Part shown: positions 8,323 to 17,124 of the stretch, in pieces
Numbering within the stretch: the first letter of the stretch is position 1
Layout: each line of letters opens with the position of its first letter
Assembly (NCBI GenBank): GCA_964415445.1
Contig: CAYQAE010000005.1
Location: 1 to 51,118, forward strand
DNA: 51,118 bases
Reading direction: 5' to 3'
DNA from: an uncultured archaeon
GTDB taxonomy: Archaea > CAYQAE01
Program-made: the position numbers and the translations under genes
Notes under the pieces: generated by a model
Seen by the model: the letters and a program-made list of their open reading frames with translations, nothing else
Database searches by the model: none
What the model was told of the DNA's origin: nothing

Positions 8323-10248
8323 ATGTTTGAATTTGCAAATGTGATACCACTTTTTGGATTATGTTTAATTTCAATAATCATATTAATCCATCTTCGAGGT
8401 AAAAAAAGGAAAAAAGTACAATTTAGTACCCTCTCTTTTTTTAAAGCAAGAAGAACAGTAGTTAGTCGAAAAAGTATTCATATTCTAATTTTAATTCTTC
8501 AAATTGCAATTGCCACTTTCATAATTATGAGCATTGCAAAACCAAGATTATCATCAGATACTGATGAAATTGCACTAGTTTTAGATATGTCCAATACTAT
8601 GGGAACAAAAGAAGAGAATAAAACTCGTATAGATCTCCTAAAAGAAGAAGCAATAGAGATAGTAGAAGATACCAAAGCTAGAAAAATAAATTTAGTTGCA
8701 TTTGCAGATGGCACTTGGTTTGTAGCTAATTCAACTAACAAATCAAAAATAATTTCAGAAATTAATTCTCTAGATCCAGTAGGTGGATCTTCAGATATAG
8801 ATTATGCTCTAAAGACTACAATAGATACTTTAGGTGAATATATTACTATATATCTACTTACTGATGGAACAAATTCTAATATCTACAGTTCACTAAATTA
8901 TGTAAATAATAAAAATTCTAAAGTGATAGCAAAATTAATCGGTTCAAAAAATGGATCTACCGTTGCTATATCTGATATTACTATACCTGAAAATGTACAA
9001 ATAAATAATAAATTCTCAGTATCTACAAAAATACTTAATTATCTAGATAAAGATAAAGAAGTTACAATTACCTTAGAATTAAACAATCAAAATATATCCC
9101 AAAGAACTGTTACTGTTAGTTCTAAAAAATACAAAGATGTCACCTTTGATAATGTAACTATTTATGAAAATAAAGATCATTTTCTGACGGCATATCTTGA
9201 AACTGACCAAGATGACATCATATTATCAGATAACATTAGATATAGAGTAATTCCTGAACCAGAAATTATAGCAAAAGTACTTTATATTGAAAATTTTTTG
9301 GATCAAAAAAAATATGTAGAAAGTGCACTAAAAGTTAATCCATACATAAGTGTAGAAACTTATGGAAGTCTAGATAGTAATTTAGCTTCAAAATTAAATG
9401 ATTATAATCTAGTAATTCTAAGTGATCTTCACAAAATCAACATAGATCCATATACTACCCAATTGATAAACTATGTACAAAATGGATCATATTTATTTAT
9501 TGCATCTGGTAACAATACTGATTCCTACTCAAAAATTGACCAACTACTACCTTTTGAATTTGAAAATATTATTAATATATCAAACGAAGGAATAAATTCA
9601 TCAAGTAGTGTTTTTCAGGATGTAGATCTCACCCAAGTAAAATATCGAAAAATTGCTAATGTATCGATAGCAAATGAAAACATAGAGCAAATTGTAAATA
9701 TATCGTACAATGGATCCCTATATCCTCTATTTTTTAGTTATGAATTAGGTAGTGGAAATATCTACTATTATACTAGCACAACTACGTTTGGAGCTAATGA
9801 ATATCAAAATCAATGGACAGACTGGCCTAAAAAATATTCATTTCCTATCTTTTGGGGGAATCTTCTAGAGCTAGCTCTAAAAGGAGCAGAACCTACTTTA
9901 ATTCAAAAAGATTTTTTAGCAGGAGAAACTTTAATTTTTAACCAAAAAGAAGAGTATAATATACTTCTACCTAATAACAAAACTATATCAGGGCACGATA
10001 TTTTTACAAATTTTTATCTTCCTGGATTTTATCAAGTTAATATATCAAATAATAGTTATTATATTTCAGTTAATGGAGAGATAAATGAATATGAGGCTGA
10101 GCCAATTTTAAATACAGTTGAAAATGCTAATGATTTTTTTGGAGATGAAGACAAGCTTAGTCAAAGATATAATGATTTATGGTGGTATTTTGTCTTATTT
10201 GGATTTATTGCAATGATGATAGAATGGAATGTTAATTGGAGAGTATAA
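8323..10248 (+). CDS. BatA-like membrane protein: N-terminal double-TM domain, vWA domain, large ectodomain, C-terminal TM anchor
   Basis: The N-terminus MFEFANVIPLFGLCLISIIILIHLRGKKRKKVQFSTLSFF is BatA_N-like. It has the MIDAS-like LVLDMSNTM, many NxS/T sequons, and the C-terminal TM LWWYFVLFGFIAMMIEW. Confidence 0.7.
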   Translation: MFEFANVIPLFGLCLISIIILIHLRGKKRKKVQFSTLSFFKARRTVVSRKSIHILILILQIAIATFIIMSIAKPRLSSDTDEIALVLDMSNTMGTKEENKTRIDLLKEEAIEIVEDTKARKINLVAFADGTWFVANSTNKSKIISEINSLDPVGGSSDIDYALKTTIDTLGEYITIYLLTDGTNSNIYSSLNYVNNKNSKVIAKLIGSKNGSTVAISDITIPENVQINNKFSVSTKILNYLDKDKEVTITLELNNQNISQRTVTVSSKKYKDVTFDNVTIYENKDHFLTAYLETDQDDIILSDNIRYRVIPEPEIIAKVLYIENFLDQKKYVESALKVNPYISVETYGSLDSNLASKLNDYNLVILSDLHKINIDPYTTQLINYVQNGSYLFIASGNNTDSYSKIDQLLPFEFENIINISNEGINSSSSVFQDVDLTQVKYRKIANVSIANENIEQIVNISYNGSLYPLFFSYELGSGNIYYYTSTTTFGANEYQNQWTDWPKKYSFPIFWGNLLELALKGAEPTLIQKDFLAGETLIFNQKEEYNILLPNNKTISGHDIFTNFYLPGFYQVNISNNSYYISVNGEINEYEAEPILNTVENANDFFGDEDKLSQRYNDLWWYFVLFGFIAMMIEWNVNWRV

Positions 10249-10251
10249 AAA

Positions 10252-13143
10252 GTGATACAAATTGGATTTTCAGAACCATTGGCCCTGCTTCTATTAGCTT
10301 TTATACCAACTTTATTACTCCTCAATAAAAGTGTAATTAAAACCTATAAGATTTTGTTTTTACTCAGAGGCTTAGCAGTTATTTTAGTGATATTTGCTTT
10401 ATCTCAAATCTTTATATATGAACCCAACAAAAAAGGAAATTTTGTGATACTTATCGATAAATCCTCAAGTATGAACATCGAAGATGATGAATATAGTAGA
10501 TCCTATATGGAAAATGAAGCATATAAAGAAATATATGACAATTTAAACAATCAAGATGAAGTAACTTTAATCTTTTTTTCAGATCAAGTAGATATTGTCA
10601 AATTAAAAGGTTCAAAAAGTGATATAAAAAATATAAATATTAATGAAAGTTATGGTGGATCAACTGAACTACATAATGCTATAAAGAAAGCAATATCAAT
10701 CTCAAACAAAGATTACGCTATATTTATGATAACTGATGGCCACAACAATGGACTTATTGATCCAGAAAATGCAATTGAAAATTCAAATTCTCCATCTATA
10801 TATTGCATAGGATTAGGAGATGAAGAAGTATATGATTTAGGTATTTCAGATATAAATATACCTCAAAAATCAGTGGTCGTGGGAGATATATTTAATGTTC
10901 AAGTTGAAATTACAAATCATGGCGATGCAAACGTTATTCCTATCACTTTAGATACAGGACTTGAAACAAAGAATCAAAGTATATTAATTGGATCTGAATC
11001 CACTAAAGAAGTAATATTTAATGTATCTGCAGGGGATGAGGGAGGACTTCTCAATATGAAAATATCTATACCAGTCTATCCTCATGATATCTTAAGTATT
11101 AACAATGAAATTAATTTCTCAATTTATGTCAAAGATAAATTATATCTACTTTATGTAGATAAAGGCATGGGTAGAGGTAATTTTCTACACACAGGGAGAT
11201 TAAATGAATCTGATATTGTAATTACAGAAACAATAGATGCATCCAATTTTGAAGAAAGTGTAATTAATGGAAGTATAGTTTTGACAGATTATGATGCCTT
11301 ATTTTTAAATGCAAAGACAAACCTATCAGCATATATGGCATATAGATCAATAGATGAGATGGGAGGAGATTGGCCAAATATAGATCAAATAGAACAAGGA
11401 CTTATAAAAAGAGAATATACAATATTTAATGGAAGCCAACTTCCAGAGAATAACACTTGGGATAAATATCAGTTTATGGCTTTGATGTTATCTGATCTAA
11501 ATAGCACAAAACAAAAAGATCAAATTAAAAATTGGATTGCTGATGGTGGAACTCTAGCCATAGGGGTACAATCAGGACTGGGTAATTCATCATTTACGCC
11601 TAAAAATAATCAATCTTCAGCTGAAGGTTGGGAAGATTATCCTAACTATGATAATATAACAACTGAAGATTTTGAAAATAATAGGATACAACCAAACATT
11701 ACAATTTTATTATCTGAATTAGGTATATATGATTATGAAAATATAGATACTACTGAAACGATTGTAGATATTGAAGACAATATTTCAGCATACTTTGAAG
11801 AATTTTATACTACTTTTGAAATACCTTGGACAGATGAAACTAAAGAGATAAGACCATTTCCAAATCCCAATATTGATTCTCACCAAAATTTAAGCTTCTC
11901 TACAATATTCAAAAATTATTCATCTAATTGGACACCTGTATTTACCTATTATTCTAACTTATCTAAACCATACCTGAATTCTACTCTTAATCCACCATAT
12001 CAAGAATCTCTATTTAATGGGCCAAAATGGACAGGAGACAACGCAAAATTAATAGATGGTAAACCTGTTGCTATGGTAAGAAAATATGGAGAAGGAAATG
12101 TTTACGTCTTTGGATTTAGTCAAGAAAATTATGCTAAATATGGTGTACCTGAAGGTATTTTTGCACCTATTTGGGCTATTGGTGCAAGATATTCATTTGA
12201 AAATGATTTAATAGATGAGCTCAAAAATTATGTCCAAGATGGAGGAGGATTAATATATATAGGTAGTAGTCCAGATCAAGAAATGTCTTCACTGCTTCCT
12301 GCAGAAAACACCCAAGGCGTTGCTAAATTAGAAGAATATTATTCTAATATTAGTCTAAATCATACAATCATAGATAATGTTGTATTTAATTTTTCTCTAA
12401 AAACTTATGAGATAATAGAGCCTAAACTCCTATCAAATGTAGTTGCAATAATAAGTAATCAATCAGACCCTCTTGTTATGACTTGGCAATATGGAATAGG
12501 TAGAACTATTCAATTTGCTTCAGATCCGACTTCTTCCTGGGCAGCAACTGGTGCCTCAAATTCAATGCTCAACTGGACATTTTATAGACAATTTTGGGAA
12601 CAATGCACAAAATGGGTATCAAGATATGCTGTAAATACTCGTATCTTAAAAATAGAAACTGAGAAAAATTTCTATGAAATAGGAGATACTATAAAAGTAG
12701 ATATAGTAGGTACCAATGAAACTGTAAAAGTTCAAATAGCTGCACCTGTTTCAACACAAATAGAAGATCGCATATTCGAAATAGATCCTACATCTTCTAA
12801 AAAAAGTTCTTTTTATGTGATTCCAGATGTAGCTGGTGAGTATACAATTACTGCTACAAGAACAGAAAATAAAAGTTCAGAAGTAATATATCTTTCTGTA
12901 ACTGTTTTAGATACAATTGAAGAATATTCATATCCTCGCAGTGATTTCACACTTTTAGAAAATATAGCCAATTCAACTGAAGGAGAAGTAATTTATAGCA
13001 ATGATATAGAAGAAATTGAAGACATAATGGATAAAAAAAGATATAATATAAAATCTAGTAAATTTGAACTTTGGCCTTATCTATTAATTATATCTATGGG
13101 ATTATTTTTTGCAGAACTTGGATTTAGGTGGCGATACATTTAA
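10252..13143 (+). CDS. large vWA-domain membrane protein with GATase1-like (DUF1355/DUF4159-type) ectodomain segments
   Basis: GTG start 3 nt after the upstream stop. It has an N-terminal double TM, the MIDAS motif ILIDKSSSM, repeated ADGGTLAIG / QDGGGLIYIGS segments, and the C-terminal TM LWPYLLIISMGLFFAELGFRWRY. Confidence 0.65.
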   Translation: MIQIGFSEPLALLLLAFIPTLLLLNKSVIKTYKILFLLRGLAVILVIFALSQIFIYEPNKKGNFVILIDKSSSMNIEDDEYSRSYMENEAYKEIYDNLNNQDEVTLIFFSDQVDIVKLKGSKSDIKNININESYGGSTELHNAIKKAISISNKDYAIFMITDGHNNGLIDPENAIENSNSPSIYCIGLGDEEVYDLGISDINIPQKSVVVGDIFNVQVEITNHGDANVIPITLDTGLETKNQSILIGSESTKEVIFNVSAGDEGGLLNMKISIPVYPHDILSINNEINFSIYVKDKLYLLYVDKGMGRGNFLHTGRLNESDIVITETIDASNFEESVINGSIVLTDYDALFLNAKTNLSAYMAYRSIDEMGGDWPNIDQIEQGLIKREYTIFNGSQLPENNTWDKYQFMALMLSDLNSTKQKDQIKNWIADGGTLAIGVQSGLGNSSFTPKNNQSSAEGWEDYPNYDNITTEDFENNRIQPNITILLSELGIYDYENIDTTETIVDIEDNISAYFEEFYTTFEIPWTDETKEIRPFPNPNIDSHQNLSFSTIFKNYSSNWTPVFTYYSNLSKPYLNSTLNPPYQESLFNGPKWTGDNAKLIDGKPVAMVRKYGEGNVYVFGFSQENYAKYGVPEGIFAPIWAIGARYSFENDLIDELKNYVQDGGGLIYIGSSPDQEMSSLLPAENTQGVAKLEEYYSNISLNHTIIDNVVFNFSLKTYEIIEPKLLSNVVAIISNQSDPLVMTWQYGIGRTIQFASDPTSSWAATGASNSMLNWTFYRQFWEQCTKWVSRYAVNTRILKIETEKNFYEIGDTIKVDIVGTNETVKVQIAAPVSTQIEDRIFEIDPTSSKKSSFYVIPDVAGEYTITATRTENKSSEVIYLSVTVLDTIEEYSYPRSDFTLLENIANSTEGEVIYSNDIEEIEDIMDKKRYNIKSSKFELWPYLLIISMGLFFAELGFRWRYI

Positions 13144-13220
13144 TTAAATAAACATCACACATCAAGTTTAAATTATTAATGTGAAAAATAGAGTTTAATT
13201 ATAATTTATGAGGAATCAAA

Positions 13221-14240
13221 ATGCCTGAAGTTGACAAAATTGTATCAGATATTCGTGAAAGAATCGGAGAATTAATGAAAGAAATTAAAAAAATTGAAAG
13301 TGAAGTAGGAAAAGTAATAGTAGGTCAAAAAAATGTACTAAATCAATGTATGCTATGTCTTCTTACAGATAATCATGCACTACTTGAAGGACTACCTGGA
13401 CTTGCAAAAACTCTTTTAATTAGAACATTATCTGAAGTTTTCAATTTAGATTTTAGAAGAATTCAATTCACTCCAGACCTTATGCCTGCAGATATTACAG
13501 GAACATACATCGTAGATTATGATGATGAAACAGGAAAAAAAGTATTTAAATTTCACAAAGGACCAATATTTTCAAATATGATTTTGGCTGATGAAATAAA
13601 TAGAGCATCTCCCAGAACACAGGCTGCACTACTTGAGGCAATGCAAGAGAGAACTATATCCACAGGCGAAAAAGCTTATAATCTAGATAGACCTTTTTTT
13701 GTTCTAGCCACTCAAAATCCAATAGAACAGCAAGGTACATATCCACTTCCCGAAGCTCAACTTGATAGATTTATGTTCAAAATAATTGTAGATTATCCTA
13801 CCTATGATGAAGAACTTGAAATTGTAACTCGTACATCAAATTTTGAAGAGATGAATATAGAAAGAGTTATAGAAAAAAAATTTTTAATAGGTCTTCAAAA
13901 ATTTATTAGACAACTAGCAATACCTGAACCTGTAAGAAAATATGCAGTAACATTAGTTTCTAAATCAAGACCTCAATTTGAACAAAGTAGTGATTTTATA
14001 AAAAATTATGTTGATTGGGGAGCAGGACCTCGAGCTTCACAATTTTTAATTTCAGCAGGGAAAGCTAATGCATTTTTAAGTGGAAGATTAAACGTAAGCA
14101 CAAGAGATATTAATATTGTATCAAAACCAATTCTTCGCCACCGTATAATTCCAAATTATAGAGCAGATGCAGAAGATATAAAAACAGAAAAAATAATTGA
14201 AAAATTAATAGAAGAAACACAAAAAGAAAAATCAACATAG
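13221..14240 (+). CDS. moxR: MoxR-family AAA+ ATPase
   Basis: Walker A is LEGLPGLAKT and Walker B ILADEINRASPRTQAALLEAMQE. VLATQNPIEQQGTYPLPEAQLDRF is the hallmark AAA_3 segment. Confidence 0.9.
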   Translation: MPEVDKIVSDIRERIGELMKEIKKIESEVGKVIVGQKNVLNQCMLCLLTDNHALLEGLPGLAKTLLIRTLSEVFNLDFRRIQFTPDLMPADITGTYIVDYDDETGKKVFKFHKGPIFSNMILADEINRASPRTQAALLEAMQERTISTGEKAYNLDRPFFVLATQNPIEQQGTYPLPEAQLDRFMFKIIVDYPTYDEELEIVTRTSNFEEMNIERVIEKKFLIGLQKFIRQLAIPEPVRKYAVTLVSKSRPQFEQSSDFIKNYVDWGAGPRASQFLISAGKANAFLSGRLNVSTRDINIVSKPILRHRIIPNYRADAEDIKTEKIIEKLIEETQKEKST

Positions 14241-14249
14241 GCGAATTTT

Positions 14250-15128
14250 TTGAATATTGAAGAAAGTGAAATTTTTAATATAATCAAAAATACAAGGAAT
14301 TATTCTCTAGATATTGATTTAACTAGTGGAAGATCTTTTGGACCTCACCAAAGCATTTATGAAGGACACAGCAGAGAATACAAAGACAGAAAACAATATA
14401 TCGCAGGCGATGATATAAAAGATATAGATTGGAAGGCTTTTGCTCGTTCTGAAAAATTATATGTAAAAATATATGAAGGCGAACATAATCTAAATATATA
14501 TTTTTTCATAGATTTTAGCAATTCTATGTCATTTACAACCACAAAAATATCTAAAATAAGATATGCAGCACTTCTAGCTTTATGTATAGCTTATTTTTCA
14601 TCTACAAAAAATCAAAATATTTCATTAATCATTTATTCTGACAAACTAGGTGCATATATCCCTCTGAAGACTGGAAAAAAGCATTTTTCAAGTTTTTTGC
14701 ACAGAATTAATACAACAGAAACAAATGGAAAAACTTCACTCTATCAAGCGATTTCAGAAATTGTACCAAAATTACAAAATAAAAGCATTTCAATTATATT
14801 TTCAGATTTATTAGATGACTTAAAAGGCTTTAAAAATTCAATAAAAGTCTTAAAAGGTAAAGAACATAAAATTTATGTATTTAATATTCTCGATCCTTGT
14901 GAAATTGAACCAAACATAGTAGGAGATATATTAATGGAAGGATTAGAATCAAATGAAAAAGTTCCAATGAGAATCTCAGATACAGTCAAAGCTGAATACA
15001 AAAAGAAATTTAGAGGTTATTTTGACAAAATAAAAGATTTTGCAATTACTAACAAAATAATTTATGAACAAATCTCTACAAAAACATCGATAGAATCTAT
15101 TATGTTAAAATATTTCTATGGATTTTAA
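14250..15128 (+). CDS. DUF58 (vWA-like) protein, MoxR partner
   Basis: YIAGDDIKDIDWKAFARSEKLYVKIYE matches the DUF58 core (Y.pGD..r.IdWkatAR). It also has the MIDAS-like FIDFSNSM. TTG start 9 nt after moxR. Confidence 0.8.
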   Translation: MNIEESEIFNIIKNTRNYSLDIDLTSGRSFGPHQSIYEGHSREYKDRKQYIAGDDIKDIDWKAFARSEKLYVKIYEGEHNLNIYFFIDFSNSMSFTTTKISKIRYAALLALCIAYFSSTKNQNISLIIYSDKLGAYIPLKTGKKHFSSFLHRINTTETNGKTSLYQAISEIVPKLQNKSISIIFSDLLDDLKGFKNSIKVLKGKEHKIYVFNILDPCEIEPNIVGDILMEGLESNEKVPMRISDTVKAEYKKKFRGYFDKIKDFAITNKIIYEQISTKTSIESIMLKYFYGF

Positions 15129-15769
15129 TCTCTCAGTGATGCCGCACATATTCCGCAAAAACATGCATCCTTAAATGTAGATCTATGTCCACATTTTTGA
15201 CATTTTATACCTTTCTCTTCTATCTCTGAAATAATTTTGGAGTCTTTATTTTCGTTTTTTTGCTTTTTAGTAGTTTTTGAGGGCACCAATGAATCTAACA
15301 TTGAAGACTGATTTAGAAGATCCAAAGTATGTTTCAATTCTCCTATGTTGGGAAGATCATCTTTAGAGACACCAGCAGCATCTAAAGCTTCTTGCCAACT
15401 ACCAAAAACTTTTTTTGCTGGTTCTTCTACTGTTGTAACAATTTTAAGTATAGTATTTGTAGGAAGAGAATCTTGTAAACTCCCTAAAGTTCTAATAGTA
15501 TCAATAATTTCTTCTTTTTTCCATTCTTTTTCCTTATCAGTTACTTTAGGTACCCAAACTTGACTTACAGCTTGTCTAACTTTTTCAAATATTTTAGGAT
15601 CAATATTAGCTTCTTCTGCAGCCTTGTCCCAACTTCCAAATATATCTTGAATTGGCTCATCCAAATTAAAATAAAGTTCAAATATATTCATACTAAGCAA
15701 CTTCGATTTTTGACTTGCAAGCCACTTTAGTTCATGTATTAATTTTTCTCTTGTCCATTTTTTTTCCAT
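15125..15769 (-). CDS. protein with two homing-endonuclease-associated repeats and a C-terminal zinc ribbon; no nuclease domain
   Basis: Two repeats are WTREKLIHELKWLA...IFGSWDKAAEEANI and WKKEEIIDTIRTLG...VFGSWQEALDAAGV (FGSW..A...AG signature). The C-terminus has CQKCGH...CFCGIC. Confidence 0.55.
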   Translation of the reverse strand: MEKKWTREKLIHELKWLASQKSKLLSMNIFELYFNLDEPIQDIFGSWDKAAEEANIDPKIFEKVRQAVSQVWVPKVTDKEKEWKKEEIIDTIRTLGSLQDSLPTNTILKIVTTVEEPAKKVFGSWQEALDAAGVSKDDLPNIGELKHTLDLLNQSSMLDSLVPSKTTKKQKNENKDSKIISEIEEKGIKCQKCGHRSTFKDACFCGICAASLRD

Positions 15770-15957
15770 AAAAATTACCTATTAATTCTGAATTTGTTTA
15801 ATATTTTATTTAAACACTTATTATTTTTAAAAAGATATATAATATTAAAAATTTAATAAAATCAATTAAAGAGATAACGCTATTAAAATAAGACTTATCC
15901 AATTATTTAAATTTTTTCCCCAAATTAGGTAAATACAAACTTAGGAGATAATATCAA

Positions 15958-17124
15958 TTGAAATTTGTAAGTTGCAATAATTGCAAAAAAAGAGTGCCTG
16001 ATATTAATTTTTGTGAATATTGTAGAGGGCCTCTTCGAGAATTTAAATGTGAATGTGGAAACGATTTAGTTAAACCTGCTGAGATGAAAATAATACCTTT
16101 TGAAGCAAAACCAGAATTATTTATTTTAATAATTGAAAAAGTATTGATGGTCTGTACTAAATGTTTCAAAGAATATGAATTTTCAAAAGACGATTTTGAT
16201 TTTAAAAAACTCAAAAACGTATATTTTTCTAAAAGAGCAGAAAGAGAAGCCATAAAATATGCTAATATTTGCAGATATTGTGATAATTGTGAAACTTTTC
16301 ATTTTACAGAAAAATGTGGGATTGAAGATAAAAAAACTAGCCCAATTAAAAATGCATACATTATGAACATAGATAAACTATTTAATGTAGAAAATAAAGA
16401 ATACAAACCATCCAGCGGTACTTTTTGGTTTGATGATTTAGTCGAAGGTGGCCTACCTGATCAATCTTCAACTTTATATTACACAGATTTAGGTCCTGAA
16501 AAATTTCTTTTTGAAATTCAATTTATAAAAGAAGGATTAAAAAACGGTGAAGCTGTATTGGTGGTATTGGATAGCGATCCAAATGAATTTAGAAAACGGC
16601 TAGAGAAAAAATTAGCAATAAAAGTTGAGAAATATATCAAAATGGAGACGTTAATGATAATTGACCTCTATTCTTGTGAAGAATTAGATTTGCCGCCTTC
16701 ATACGATCAAGAAGGGATTATAAGATCTGCAAAAGATTTAACTAGCGTAGCTATTGCAATAACTAGGGCATTAAATAAATTAAAGAAAAGAACATGTAAA
16801 AGAGCTTTAATAAACATAATTTCTTATGTTTTGAGAGTATCAAAAAAGCATATCATAGAATTTACCAGAGATACTATAAATAAATTAAAAAAAGAACATT
16901 TTACTACTCTACTTACAACTGAAAAAAAGCTGATTGATGAAAAAAGAAGATCTGAACTCTCAGAAATTATGGACAATATTATAGAATCAGATGCTACTAA
17001 AAAAGAAATAAATGATAAATTAATAGTAAAGAAACGATTAGGGATTTTAGTGATGAAAGATATAACTCCAGATCAAGAATATCATCCTATAAAGATTACT
17101 AAAGAAAAGATGTTTATTTCTTAA
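15958..17124 (+). CDS. multi-zinc-ribbon protein fused to a KaiC/RecA-like domain lacking a Walker A P-loop
   Basis: The N-terminus has CNNC...CEYC, CEC, CTKC and CRYCDNC. Then comes FDDLVEGGLPDQSSTLYYTDLGPEKFLFEIQFIKEGLKNGEAVLVVL, where KaiC-like proteins have G.pGtGKT. TTG start with AGGAG upstream. Confidence 0.55.
   Translation: MKFVSCNNCKKRVPDINFCEYCRGPLREFKCECGNDLVKPAEMKIIPFEAKPELFILIIEKVLMVCTKCFKEYEFSKDDFDFKKLKNVYFSKRAEREAIKYANICRYCDNCETFHFTEKCGIEDKKTSPIKNAYIMNIDKLFNVENKEYKPSSGTFWFDDLVEGGLPDQSSTLYYTDLGPEKFLFEIQFIKEGLKNGEAVLVVLDSDPNEFRKRLEKKLAIKVEKYIKMETLMIIDLYSCEELDLPPSYDQEGIIRSAKDLTSVAIAITRALNKLKKRTCKRALINIISYVLRVSKKHIIEFTRDTINKLKKEHFTTLLTTEKKLIDEKRRSELSEIMDNIIESDATKKEINDKLIVKKRLGILVMKDITPDQEYHPIKITKEKMFIS

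Noticed and set aside
15345-16253. ORFs 15345-15563 (+) and 15954-16253 (-)
   Set aside because: Both are antisense to longer ORFs with recognisable motifs (FGSW repeats; zinc ribbons). They have no SD and no motif.
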